From assembly GCF_000012925.1 (NCBI RefSeq), contig NC_007517.1:3450001-3482000 (forward strand): a stretch of DNA of 32,000 nt, read 5' to 3'. Origin of the DNA: Geobacter metallireducens GS-15 (lineage in GTDB: Bacteria; Desulfobacterota; Desulfuromonadia; Geobacterales; Geobacteraceae). Position numbers and translations under genes: made by a program. This document shows, one piece after another, positions 8,914-17,669 of the stretch. Numbering within the stretch: position 1 is the stretch's first letter; each line of letters starts with the position of its first letter. Under the pieces are notes generated by a model that was not told where the DNA came from, searched no databases, and worked only from the letters and a program-made list of their open reading frames with translations.

Positions 8914-11900
8914 GAAGGAACTCCGCCGTTCCCGAAGCCTTCCGGTAAGGGTTGTCGGTTCTCAGCATTGCCCGCATGGCAGGTTTGATGGAAATCACCT
9001 CCGTCTCCACCGTGCCGCCGTCTCGCGTTACCCAGACAATAGTGTCCATCACCTCGGCCATTGTGGCGAATTTTTCGTCGGGCGCAGCGACAATAAGCTG
9101 AAGCTGGATGTTCTTCAGAAACTCGATGCAGCTGTGGCAGGTTGCGACACTGAGCTTCGAGAATGCCTCATCGAAAACTGCCAAGCTCATGCCACCGTGA
9201 TGTTTACCGTATTCTTCCTTGAGACGGTAGGCCGCTGCCAGTGATGCGCCGATAGCAACATAGAACGGGGTCTGGTTTTCGCCACCGGAACCCTTCTGGA
9301 TACGATGTTCGAGGTCGGATGTTGGGGTCCCCTCCGTATCACACATCTCCACATCAAACACCAGAAAGTTCCGGTAGTCCTGCAGCCTCTCCGCGGCCTT
9401 GGGATCCTGCAAAGCGGTGGTAATATCTTCCAATGCCTTGCGGTGCGGGCTATTGGAATCTGCAACAGGATCAAACAGTCCGCCCACTTCACGTGACGCC
9501 GGGCTATTGCAGGCCTTGGCAAAATCAATGATATGCTTAAATTCTGGGTTGGAGCTGGAACGAAACTTGTAGATTTCGCCATGGAAAGGATGCTTCTCCA
9601 GCGTCTTGTTAAGCTGGGTGATCGACCCTCTTACGGCCTCGACCTTGCCTATCAGGCGGCCTACAAACTTGGAGCGGAAGGTGTCCTCAGCTTCCTGGAG
9701 TGCTCTGGCCGATTTTTCGCGGTATTCGGCCAGAGTGGTTTCGACCAGGTGTTTTTTCTTCCGTCGGATAGTGACGGCGTACTCTTCGAAATGCTCTGGT
9801 CGGGATTCTTCGCCCTCTTCCAGAGCGAAGCGGAGATAATACTCCGTGTACTCCTTGATCATTCGAGTATTGTTTTCTTCGATTGTTTTTAACGCTGAAC
9901 CTATCTCCTTTTCAGCCCTTTCACAGATCGCCGCAAAATCCCCGGCGTTCTGCTCGCGCCACCGGTCAAGGGTATCGGCTGCCTTCGCAGGATCAAGCAG
10001 CGGATTCCCACGCTTCTCTTCCAAGACAACTTGCAGAGCGTCCATCTGAGCGTCAAGAGCCTTCAATTTGTCATCGTTTTGTGCGTACTCTTTTTCAGCT
10101 TGAAGGCGCTTTTCATCCAGATCCTTGAGACTTTTCTTTATTCCTTCTGCCTTGTCCTCAAGCTTCTTGATTTCATCTCTGAGTTTCTGCTCCCGGGCAT
10201 CAGAAGCCAAGGCTGCAAGTTTTTCCTGCATCTCCTGGATGGCTTTCTCAGAAGCTGTGCGCTGCTCTACGAGAGCGGACAATGAAATAACGGCATCGCC
10301 CGAGAACTGCCGCTTGCAATCTTCCAGCAGAACTTTCAGACTGCCGAGATTCTCCTTTTCTCCTACTACCCCCGCCTGTTTTGTCGACAGCTCGTTCAAA
10401 TCACGTTGATAAGCAACCCGCAACCCTTCTCGGGAACCTCTCCCCAAGATTGGCTGTACGTTCTTCAGCTCTGATACTGTACCACCGGAACTCAACATCC
10501 CATCGGCAGTTGCGGCCCGGTCGTGGTGAAGCAGGTCCTTCTCGGTATCGACGCAGACGATATTCCCGAGACGGCGATTGATAAACGCCCTCGCATGCAC
10601 ATCATCGGTGTTGAGGCAATCGGCTAGAGTGCCCTGCTGTTTGGAGGCCTTCCAGCGGTCGGTCTGGGTTGTATTGATGATATGACAGCCGGGAAACTCT
10701 TGCCTCCCCTCATGGCGATAGAGGTGAACTGCCTTGCGGGCCTGCTCAGGAAGCACTACCAGGGCCTCGCGGATATTGCCGAGAATGCTTTCAATGGTGC
10801 CGCGCCACGTCTCGTCGGCAACATCCACCAGATCGCACAATGGCTTGGATTCAATGCCATGTTTCTTGAAAAACTGAATCAGATTCCGAGTGTTTGGTTG
10901 AAGCGGGGCTTTACCGTGTTGTAGCTGCTTGAGTGCTTCAACGAGATTTTTCAGCCGCTTCTCCAAGTCCTTATGATCCGCACAGAAATCATCATAGCGG
11001 CTGCTCAGTTCCGGTAAAGAGCGCTCAACTGCCACCAGCAGCAATTCAAGACAGATGTCAACCTCGGAAGGATTTGACGGCCAGACCGCGGTGCTTATCA
11101 TGTCGTCACCCGGCATCAGTTTGACTATATCGGAAATGGCCACGGCCAGAGAATCATTGACCGGCACATCCTTAAGTTTTTCAAAGCGCTGCAGCAGCCT
11201 GCGGATCTCGGTAATCCTCGCCTTCACATCTCCTTCGCGCTGCCTTGCCTGATCACTTTCTAATTGCAGGCGATCCCGCTGGACTTGGACATCACAGAGC
11301 TTCAACTCCCCACGTTTCTCACCGAGTTCCTCTTGAACCTTTGCCTGCTGGTCCTCAAGAACCGTCTTGTCCTTACCCATATGCTCGCGGGCCTCTTCAA
11401 GATCGGCCAACGCGCCCCGCAAGGGGTCGGCGCTTCCCTCAATCTGCTCGATACGGGCATTCAACGAGACATACTCGGCCATCACATGTTGGGCGCGAGC
11501 ATTTTCCACCTTCTCGCAGCAAACTTCGAGGCGAGTCAAATCAGCGACCCGCCGACTAACCGATTCGGTCTTCTCCGCCATGTCACGATAATTTTTCAAG
11601 GCGCTCTGCAGCTCCTTGATCTGCAGGTCATCACGATCGAGCATGTAGCGGCGGATGAACTCGGTAGGATCGGAGATCTTCTCCAGGCGGAACGCTGCTT
11701 GGAGAGCCTTGAGAACGGTCTTGTCATTGTTGGGTGAACCTGGGTGTTCACTCAGGCAGCCGTAGAGATCCTGGGTGAATTTTCCCGGCTCGTGGTGAAA
11801 CCGGGTGGCGTGGCACCTTTTCGCCAAGCGCTCCTTGACGCGCGCCCAGGGCAGGACAATCGTGCTGTCGCCTTTGCCCTGTTCCAGGAACAGGTCCTTG

Positions 11901-12322
11901 TGCCCAACCAGGCCGGGGCAAATGAAATACCCTTCCACCTTTTCTGCCATGTCTGCCATGCAAGCATAAATGCCAAGCCCGACACAGGTGGTTTCCCCGG
12001 TCTCGACATCATGGAAGTTCAGGGCCAGATAGCAATTCGCTTTGTCTCGCGGCTTGATCTTCGTGGCAAGTTCCGGTTTTTTCGGGTCCGACATGACCCC
12101 AAGGACGTATTCCCAGAGTTTGCGGGAGGATTGTTCATTGCTCCCCCGATTTAGGACCAGGAGCCGCTTGTTTGCCCCGGTCAGCACAGTCTGGATGGCG
12201 TCAAGCAAGGCCGATTTGCCAGCGCCATTATCGCCAATGAAGGCTGTATTGCCAACGATTGGGATTTCTACGGCTTCAAGGCGGAACCATTGAATGAGAA
12301 CGGCTTTAATCAATGTCTTCAT
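8900..12322 (-). CDS. jetC: Wadjet JetC (MksB-like SMC-family ATPase)
   Basis: 1140 aa. The N-terminal Walker A is 'IGDNGAGKSALLDAI'. A very long E/K/L/Q-rich coiled-coil occupies the middle. The C-terminus has the signature 'GSGGENQ' and Walker B 'LAVFDEAFSKL'. ATGA overlap with jetB. Confidence 0.85.
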   Translation of the reverse strand: MKTLIKAVLIQWFRLEAVEIPIVGNTAFIGDNGAGKSALLDAIQTVLTGANKRLLVLNRGSNEQSSRKLWEYVLGVMSDPKKPELATKIKPRDKANCYLALNFHDVETGETTCVGLGIYACMADMAEKVEGYFICPGLVGHKDLFLEQGKGDSTIVLPWARVKERLAKRCHATRFHHEPGKFTQDLYGCLSEHPGSPNNDKTVLKALQAAFRLEKISDPTEFIRRYMLDRDDLQIKELQSALKNYRDMAEKTESVSRRVADLTRLEVCCEKVENARAQHVMAEYVSLNARIEQIEGSADPLRGALADLEEAREHMGKDKTVLEDQQAKVQEELGEKRGELKLCDVQVQRDRLQLESDQARQREGDVKARITEIRRLLQRFEKLKDVPVNDSLAVAISDIVKLMPGDDMISTAVWPSNPSEVDICLELLLVAVERSLPELSSRYDDFCADHKDLEKRLKNLVEALKQLQHGKAPLQPNTRNLIQFFKKHGIESKPLCDLVDVADETWRGTIESILGNIREALVVLPEQARKAVHLYRHEGRQEFPGCHIINTTQTDRWKASKQQGTLADCLNTDDVHARAFINRRLGNIVCVDTEKDLLHHDRAATADGMLSSGGTVSELKNVQPILGRGSREGLRVAYQRDLNELSTKQAGVVGEKENLGSLKVLLEDCKRQFSGDAVISLSALVEQRTASEKAIQEMQEKLAALASDAREQKLRDEIKKLEDKAEGIKKSLKDLDEKRLQAEKEYAQNDDKLKALDAQMDALQVVLEEKRGNPLLDPAKAADTLDRWREQNAGDFAAICERAEKEIGSALKTIEENNTRMIKEYTEYYLRFALEEGEESRPEHFEEYAVTIRRKKKHLVETTLAEYREKSARALQEAEDTFRSKFVGRLIGKVEAVRGSITQLNKTLEKHPFHGEIYKFRSSSNPEFKHIIDFAKACNSPASREVGGLFDPVADSNSPHRKALEDITTALQDPKAAERLQDYRNFLVFDVEMCDTEGTPTSDLEHRIQKGSGGENQTPFYVAIGASLAAAYRLKEEYGKHHGGMSLAVFDEAFSKLSVATCHSCIEFLKNIQLQLIVAAPDEKFATMAEVMDTIVWVTRDGGTVETEVISIKPAMRAMLRTDNPYRKASGTAEFLHEPV

Positions 12323-12939
12323 TGTCCCCCCCCTGCTTCATCGGTTCCGTTTTCCTCGCCTTCTCCTCCTTTGGTGTATTCTTCCAAAGCCTGCAAGAAA
12401 CCGTGCGTTACTATGTCACGGATCGATGGGCGAATGCGGAAGCGGATCGCCTTGTCCTCGTCTTCGTCGATCTCTAAAAGCCCTTGGCGGGAGAAGGTTC
12501 TAAGAATTTCGCGCAGCCTCACCAAGCCTGGCCGCTTTCTGCCGGTGTGCGCAACAAAGGTGTCCAGCATGACCTCGCTGTCGGTAAAGACCTGCGAAAA
12601 CTCTCCCACTCTGCACTCCTGGGCGGCTCTCTCGTAGATGACCCGCAGGACGAGGAGGAACAGAGAGTGTTCAGTGTCCAGGCCAACGGTCAGATGAGAT
12701 TCCCGGGGGACCACGCCAACATACCCTGCCGTCCGGTCGCATATCAATTCGAGATTCAGGGCATCGAACAGGTTTCGGTAATAATCCTCGGCGTCGAGGA
12801 TCTGGTGAAAAGAACGCTGGTCCCTGCTCTTGTCTCCGAAAAGGAACTGACGATCCAGGGCAATTGATGCTGCGCGACGTAAATCCTCTGCGGCCAGGTT
12901 TTCATCCTTATCAAGCATGCGACGGAGCTCGTGAAGCAT
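12319..12939 (-). CDS. jetB: Wadjet JetB (MksE-like KITE subunit)
   Basis: An acidic 206-aa protein in the canonical position between jetA and jetC. The call rests mainly on size, synteny and operon coupling. Confidence 0.7.
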   Translation of the reverse strand: MLHELRRMLDKDENLAAEDLRRAASIALDRQFLFGDKSRDQRSFHQILDAEDYYRNLFDALNLELICDRTAGYVGVVPRESHLTVGLDTEHSLFLLVLRVIYERAAQECRVGEFSQVFTDSEVMLDTFVAHTGRKRPGLVRLREILRTFSRQGLLEIDEDEDKAIRFRIRPSIRDIVTHGFLQALEEYTKGGEGEENGTDEAGGGQ

Positions 12940-12942
12940 CCC

Positions 12943-14367
12943 CTACCCCTTCCTTTCGACGATAAAATCGCTGCATTCCAACAGTGGTGTATCAAGCCGA
13001 TCCCCTGTGCGGCGAATGTTGAACAGAGGCATGTTCGGGACCGGTTTGCCCTTCATCTGGTTGAGAAAAGGGACAAAGGCAAATGCCACCAACTCATCGA
13101 CCGATTCGATCTTGAAATCCTTAGCCGCGAACGTGGCGCGCTCCCCCATCTGCCGGTCGATGAACGCAACCACTTTGGCAGGTGACATGACACGCCGCTG
13201 CAGGTAATCCTGGATAAGCCGCAGGCGCTCTTTGACTTCTGTACTGAGTTCCTGCTCCCTGGCCAGCTCGATGAATTGAGGTTGTCGGCGTCTCTGTGGT
13301 TTGCGGATGCTGCGATGACTCAACAGCGCATGAGATATCCAGCGAGGAGGTTGGGGTAAAGCGGGGAGCTCTCCATCGGGCTGCTCCAGCGATCTCCTGC
13401 CGAGCTCTTCCAGCAGCTTGATTCCTCGGTTGGTTAGATCGGGAACGTTGCGATCCATGTAACGGACCATTTCCGCCACCCGTGATTCCAGGCGCATGCG
13501 GTACAAATCGATGGCATCGAGTCGCCGATCAACTGAGCGGAACACCCTGGCGATAAAATGAAGATCGCTTATCACCTTTTCCCGCGCTGCGTCTGGCGCC
13601 AGGTTCTTGTCTTCCTGGTAGACCTTGATCAGCGCCGTCATGATTGAGTCTATATGTTCGATCTGAATCAGGAGGTTCAGGACATTGGCGCGATGACGAA
13701 AGGGGTTGTTTTCCGCCTGGAGGGACTTGTAATCGGAGATCAGCAGATTCTCGACAAAATCATCGAAAAAAGTGGACAGGGCAAGTTTAGGGTTGTGCTG
13801 ACGGGTGATGATGTCCTGAAAGCCGCGGAGGCCGGAGAAGATATTTTGCAAGTGACGGGTGAAGTCACGCGCCGCTCTAACAACCTCAATGAATGCGCGG
13901 GCATTGTCTTCAGGGTGATTGGCAATCGCCTGGAGTTGTAGATGGATAGAGGCGATGGTGCTGCCGTAGTTCTTCTTTTCTGCATGGGCGACACCTTCAA
14001 GGGCCTCCAAGAGAAGACTGGCGTGAGGTGGCATGATGACGTTGACGTGATAGCCGTCTTCTTCCTCTTCGAGCCAGCCTGTCACGACGAGGCGCTTGTA
14101 GATGTACCTGGCGGCCGGCCCTGGCGCATTGCTGATATCCTCCTCCGCGTCCCCTTCCTCATCGACGATTTGCAGCAGGCGGCCTTTGCGTTCCAGCAGT
14201 TCTTCTATCTCACGGACGACATGACCGCGTCGTGGAAAAACCGCCTCGTTGGTTATATCCTCATCCGAGAAATACCTGAAAAGGAAGAGAAGGATTTCCT
14301 CAAAGAAATATCTGTTTGCGCCCGCGAGAGGCTTGAAGATTTCGTCGGGCAGCTTGTTGAAAAGCAT
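12943..14367 (-). CDS. jetA: Wadjet JetA (MksF-like kleisin subunit)
   Basis: 474-aa first gene of the operon, with its stop 3 nt before the jetB start. The call rests on size and order matching jetA-B-C-D, and no catalytic motif is expected. Confidence 0.7.
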   Translation of the reverse strand: MLFNKLPDEIFKPLAGANRYFFEEILLFLFRYFSDEDITNEAVFPRRGHVVREIEELLERKGRLLQIVDEEGDAEEDISNAPGPAARYIYKRLVVTGWLEEEEDGYHVNVIMPPHASLLLEALEGVAHAEKKNYGSTIASIHLQLQAIANHPEDNARAFIEVVRAARDFTRHLQNIFSGLRGFQDIITRQHNPKLALSTFFDDFVENLLISDYKSLQAENNPFRHRANVLNLLIQIEHIDSIMTALIKVYQEDKNLAPDAAREKVISDLHFIARVFRSVDRRLDAIDLYRMRLESRVAEMVRYMDRNVPDLTNRGIKLLEELGRRSLEQPDGELPALPQPPRWISHALLSHRSIRKPQRRRQPQFIELAREQELSTEVKERLRLIQDYLQRRVMSPAKVVAFIDRQMGERATFAAKDFKIESVDELVAFAFVPFLNQMKGKPVPNMPLFNIRRTGDRLDTPLLECSDFIVERKG

Positions 14368-14631
14368 GAGGCGCTCCAGCAGTGTAGCTGTTTTCAGTCC
14401 AATCCATCCAAGTGCAAAGTTGATTGCAGTTGCCGGCCATGATCAATGCATTTTCTCACACAAGTGCGACAGGATACGTCTCAAACTCTATTTACTGGAA
14501 CTTCCTATTTTGTGACATGCAACTTAGCCACCTAAGGCTACCAGATCACAACCCGGGCCTGAGATGACACTTCTCATAAGACTACCAATCGAAAATCAGG
14601 AAGCTCTGTCAAGTATGTCTAAGGGGGTTGG

Positions 14632-14946
14632 TCAAGGGTGTTGGATGACGCGGAACTGTTCCTCGCTATCCGCCAGCTTCCGCTCAAGGATTCCCAACTC
14701 TTCACGAGTATAAATGCTCTCCCCTCGTGCGATCTCGCGCTTGAGGCGTTTGATCCGGCCGGGAAGACTGTCCGTCTGGAGGCGGCTGTCACCATGCAGC
14801 AGCGTCATGTCCTTCACCGCCGGGTTGCGGGATGAAGTCGACACATCAAATTCCCCTACACCACGCTTATGCGAATCATTGTCAGAGCATCCAGCAGCGA
14901 GAAGAAGAAGCATGGTGGCAACTACTGGCGATGTCTTGGCGTTCAC
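14632..14946 (-). CDS. Small putative lipoprotein
   Basis: 104 aa with a GTG start. The signal peptide has the lipobox 'LLLLAAGC'. Function unknown. Confidence 0.5.
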   Translation of the reverse strand: MNAKTSPVVATMLLLLAAGCSDNDSHKRGVGEFDVSTSSRNPAVKDMTLLHGDSRLQTDSLPGRIKRLKREIARGESIYTREELGILERKLADSEEQFRVIQHP

Positions 14947-15156
14947 GTTCTCTTGCTCTTGGCTGGGTCAAGAAGTTCTTTCAGTTCCTCAATCTCTGCC
15001 CTCATCACGGATTTTTTTCCATTTCCTTCCATAGCATAATTGTCTTCGCATGTTTTCGATACTGAGCGCCTAATTAGCGAGCAGCCATACTTCAGGGACC
15101 GCAACAACAATAAGCAACTCGTGGATCAGAGTTGCAATGGGCGAATGTCCAGATGA

Positions 15157-15613
15157 TTAATGCTTATTAGTGACCGTTCCCATTCTCGCTAGCTTTAGAG
15201 CCTGTTCGAACGTGACAGACATACCGCCATTTCTCTTCGCGAAAGCCTTGGCATTCTGCTTACTGACAAAGGCCAACTGCTCCACATTAGACATAAGCCC
15301 CTTCTGGTTACTGCCAACAATCCATGCCGCCGATTTTGCTTCTAACAGCTTCCCCGAATTGAAATCAGCCACCTTGATCGATATGGCCTGCTTACCAGTT
15401 CTCTCGTCCATCGCCATCGCAGCACAATGCAAACTGCAGGTCCCAACGGTAGTCCCATCAGTATAAACGATTAGCATTCGGCTATGGGCAAAACTTGTCC
15501 GGTTCATCCCGCACATCAGGCAAGACGCCGGGGCCTCTCACCCTCTCTAGTGCGAAGGCTGGGGAATCTACAAAAACAAGGCAAAGCATGATGCCCAGCA
15601 TAAATTTGTCCAT
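15157..15613 (-). pseudogene. NosL-like (CxxCGM motif) periplasmic protein, separated from its signal peptide by a frameshift
   Basis: The body ORF 15157..15516 has 'SCLMCGMN...YTDG...CSLHC' and a C-terminal 'AKAFAKRNGGMSVTFEQA' typical of NosL-family proteins. A signal-peptide-like ORF 'MDKFMLGIMLCLVFVDSPAFA' starts at 15613 in a different frame and stops shortly after. A TGA at 15538-15540 blocks the body frame. The shift must lie around the G4/C4 run at 15530-15533. Confidence 0.45.
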
Positions 15614-15630
15614 GATTTTCACCTACTAAC

Positions 15631-15900
15631 TCATCTGCCCCTGAACCGCTCTTGGAATAGCTTCAATAGGATAGCCATGAGAAGATTCTTGATGTTGACG
15701 CCGCACCTGGCCAAGGTGGCGTTGATTTTGTCGCCTTCTTCGCCCTTGAGGTAGTTGCGGCCAATCCGGTGGTCTTGCTTTACTTTGCCGATGATCGGCT
15801 CGATACTGCTGCGCCTTCGACGCCATTTCTAGGCGCTAGCCTTCACACTCCTCTTTTTCTTGTTGGCTAGATAGATCTCAATGGTGCTGAGTATTGCCGG
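15631..15900 (-). mobile_element. IS5-family (DDE_Tnp_1) transposase C-terminal remnant, degenerate
   Basis: A frame different from the track ORF reads 'AILSTIEIYLANKKKRSVKASA*KWRRRRSSIEPIIGKVKQDHRIGRNYLKGEEGDKINATLARCGVNIKNLLMAILL', which is the conserved 'R(R)SxIEPxIGxxKxxxRxxRNxLKGxxGDxxN' C-terminus. There is an in-frame TAG at 15829-15831. No N-terminal part and no inverted repeats were found. Confidence 0.6.
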
Positions 15901-15910
15901 TGTCCCCTTT

Positions 15911-17617
15911 TCAACCGAATGCGCAAACTGCGATGATCTCGATCAACCTGTTGCGCCAAGCCGACAGGTGTTCAACGCTATCCTTATGTGGATGATTCTT
16001 TCTTTCCAAGACGATGCCTTTACGCCTCAAGCTTTTTTGGGTCTCGTCGAATAGCTCCCTTTCCACGTAATCTCGTACAACTTCGTCGGCCAGGTCCCTA
16101 GTGACCACAGTAGATGAAATCAAAACGTACGTAGAACATCCCGATGGTAAGCCCGACTGATCAATCTCTACCAAGCAAACGTATTTTTCTCGATACCTGA
16201 ACCAGACATAAGCACATTCCCGTCGCTTCTCAGCTGTATTACCATATGTCTCCCGTAAAGACGGCTTACGAGAACCTCTCTGTCTTTGCCAGACAGGCTG
16301 CCTTGACAATGAAATACGAGTCACCGCTGCAATGCTGCTGTCCTCATTGACCAGCCTATACCCTTTCAGCCCTCTGACCAACCGCACAAAATCGTCCAAA
16401 GGCATTGAGTAGTCATCGGGCTCGGCAGCATCACCATCGTCTCGCTCCACCTTCGCCTTCGCAATGGCAATATCGTCCATGGGATAGTCTTGCTGGGTAC
16501 TCAGCTCAACATCCTTATCGCCAGGCATTAACTTGGGAACCTTTCCCTCATCCTTGCGTGGTGTAGGAATGTAGTCCTTGTTCTCCCTTATGGCACGTGC
16601 ATTACAGTTGGCGATGCTCACATGGTTCTGGAGGATCCTTCGGATGTAACGGCTGGAAGGATTGCTGGGTGCAAGGTTCTTCCCTGACTTTGCTGTCAAA
16701 GCCGGGAAAGTTTCCGTATCCCCATCAGGATCATCAATTTCATACGTTCGTCGATCAATAGTGATGCTGTCGAAAGGAAAGAGGCTGTCTTCTTCCAATA
16801 CCTGGAACACAACAAAAGTCTTGCCACCTTCAGGATTGGTGGCAAGATGCCCTCTCGCCTTGATTGTTATTTCCTGGTTGACTGGAAAATCCACCTTGAG
16901 GCGTTGAAATTGACCACTATCGGCGTTAACGCTATTCCGAACCATTCTCATGCGACTACCCGCGAATCCATTAGCCAGAAATCGGACTATGCTCTTTGCG
17001 TCAGAATCCGCAGCGCCAGGTTTCATGGTGATCTTGGCGTGTAGGGTACTATCATCCAATGAATAGTCTTCGTGGAGGCGCTTTAGGTTTTGAGAAAAGA
17101 CCGCCTCACGCAAGGAGGTGGATTTGAAATAGTAGACGCCTGCGAGAACTGCGCAAGGAATGACGATCTTCATATCGTCACAGTGAAATACCAGACACTG
17201 CTGGTTCTTGCAGATGGCCGAGTTATTTTTGGTAAAATCGCTCTGATAGCGCGTGCTGGTCAACGAAAGATCGTATTCTAAGTCAGTTAACGCGTCCTGG
17301 ATCCGTACGATTTTATTATGCTCGGAGGAGTTGACAGTAAATTTACGGACGGTACCTAGCGCTGGTTCTTTGATCAGTTTCCTGCCCTTGGCGAAATAGG
17401 AGCCTACAGTGCAATACGAAAGGAGCTCAGGAGGGATGGTGTCGGCGAGATAATAACCGGTCTTGACGTTTTTAAACAGTAGCCTGATGAGGCAACGGGA
17501 TGAACTTACGTTTAGGTTGAGGATCCAGACGAGTTGAAAGCGATTTCTGGGATCCTCGGACCTCATCTTTGGCAGGATGTATATTTTGTCGAGGTCAGCC
17601 GGCACGTTACCCCGCAC
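15911..17617 (-). CDS. Hypothetical 551-568-aa protein immediately inside the transposon-like end
   Basis: A long ORF in low-G+C DNA. The track start is a GTG at 17617 and the first ATG is at 17566. No catalytic motif was recognised. The acidic central linker contains '[14 protein letters not shown]', and the C-terminal region contains '[11 protein letters not shown]...STYVLISS'. The 3' end abuts the IS5 remnant. Confidence 0.65.
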   Translation of the reverse strand: MRGNVPADLDKIYILPKMRSEDPRNRFQLVWILNLNVSSSRCLIRLLFKNVKTGYYLADTIPPELLSYCTVGSYFAKGRKLIKEPALGTVRKFTVNSSEHNKIVRIQDALTDLEYDLSLTSTRYQSDFTKNNSAICKNQQCLVFHCDDMKIVIPCAVLAGVYYFKSTSLREAVFSQNLKRLHEDYSLDDSTLHAKITMKPGAADSDAKSIVRFLANGFAGSRMRMVRNSVNADSGQFQRLKVDFPVNQEITIKARGHLATNPEGGKTFVVFQVLEEDSLFPFDSITIDRRTYEIDDPDGDTETFPALTAKSGKNLAPSNPSSRYIRRILQNHVSIANCNARAIRENKDYIPTPRKDEGKVPKLMPGDKDVELSTQQDYPMDDIAIAKAKVERDDGDAAEPDDYSMPLDDFVRLVRGLKGYRLVNEDSSIAAVTRISLSRQPVWQRQRGSRKPSLRETYGNTAEKRRECAYVWFRYREKYVCLVEIDQSGLPSGCSTYVLISSTVVTRDLADEVVRDYVERELFDETQKSLRRKGIVLERKNHPHKDSVEHLSAWRNRLIEIIAVCAFG

Positions 17618-17623
17618 CGGAGT

Positions 17624-17669
17624 TGTAGCAATAACTATTGAAATGTAGCGTTAACTTCTGAAAATGACA
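17624..17669 (-). repeat. Transposon-end-like terminus: 5'-TGT end plus two tandem ~22-bp direct repeats
   Basis: Read inward on the minus strand, the end is TGTCATTTTCAGAAGTTAACGCTACA (17669..17644), followed by CATTTCAATAGTTATTGCTACA (17645..17624). The two copies agree at about 17 of 22 positions. comM homology stops at about 17670. Confidence 0.45.

Noticed and set aside
9187-14442. Many 60-170-aa ORFs inside or antisense to jetA/jetB/jetC (for example 11264..11737 +, 11744..12154 +, 13942..14442 +) and 3142..3522 inside the helicase
   Set aside because: They are fully nested in long motif-bearing ORFs, and none has a convincing start context or recognisable domain.
14943-15032. 29-aa sORF 'MEGNGKKSVMRAEIEELKELLDPAKSKRT' whose TGA overlaps the GTG start of the lipoprotein gene
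   Set aside because: It is too short to support without conservation or ribosome profiling data, and it could be a chance ORF or part of an alternative start region.
15626-15826. 66-aa track ORF 'MASKAQQYRADHRQSKARPP...'
   Set aside because: It is in the wrong frame. The neighbouring frame encodes a recognisable IS5-type transposase C-terminus, reported as a remnant instead.
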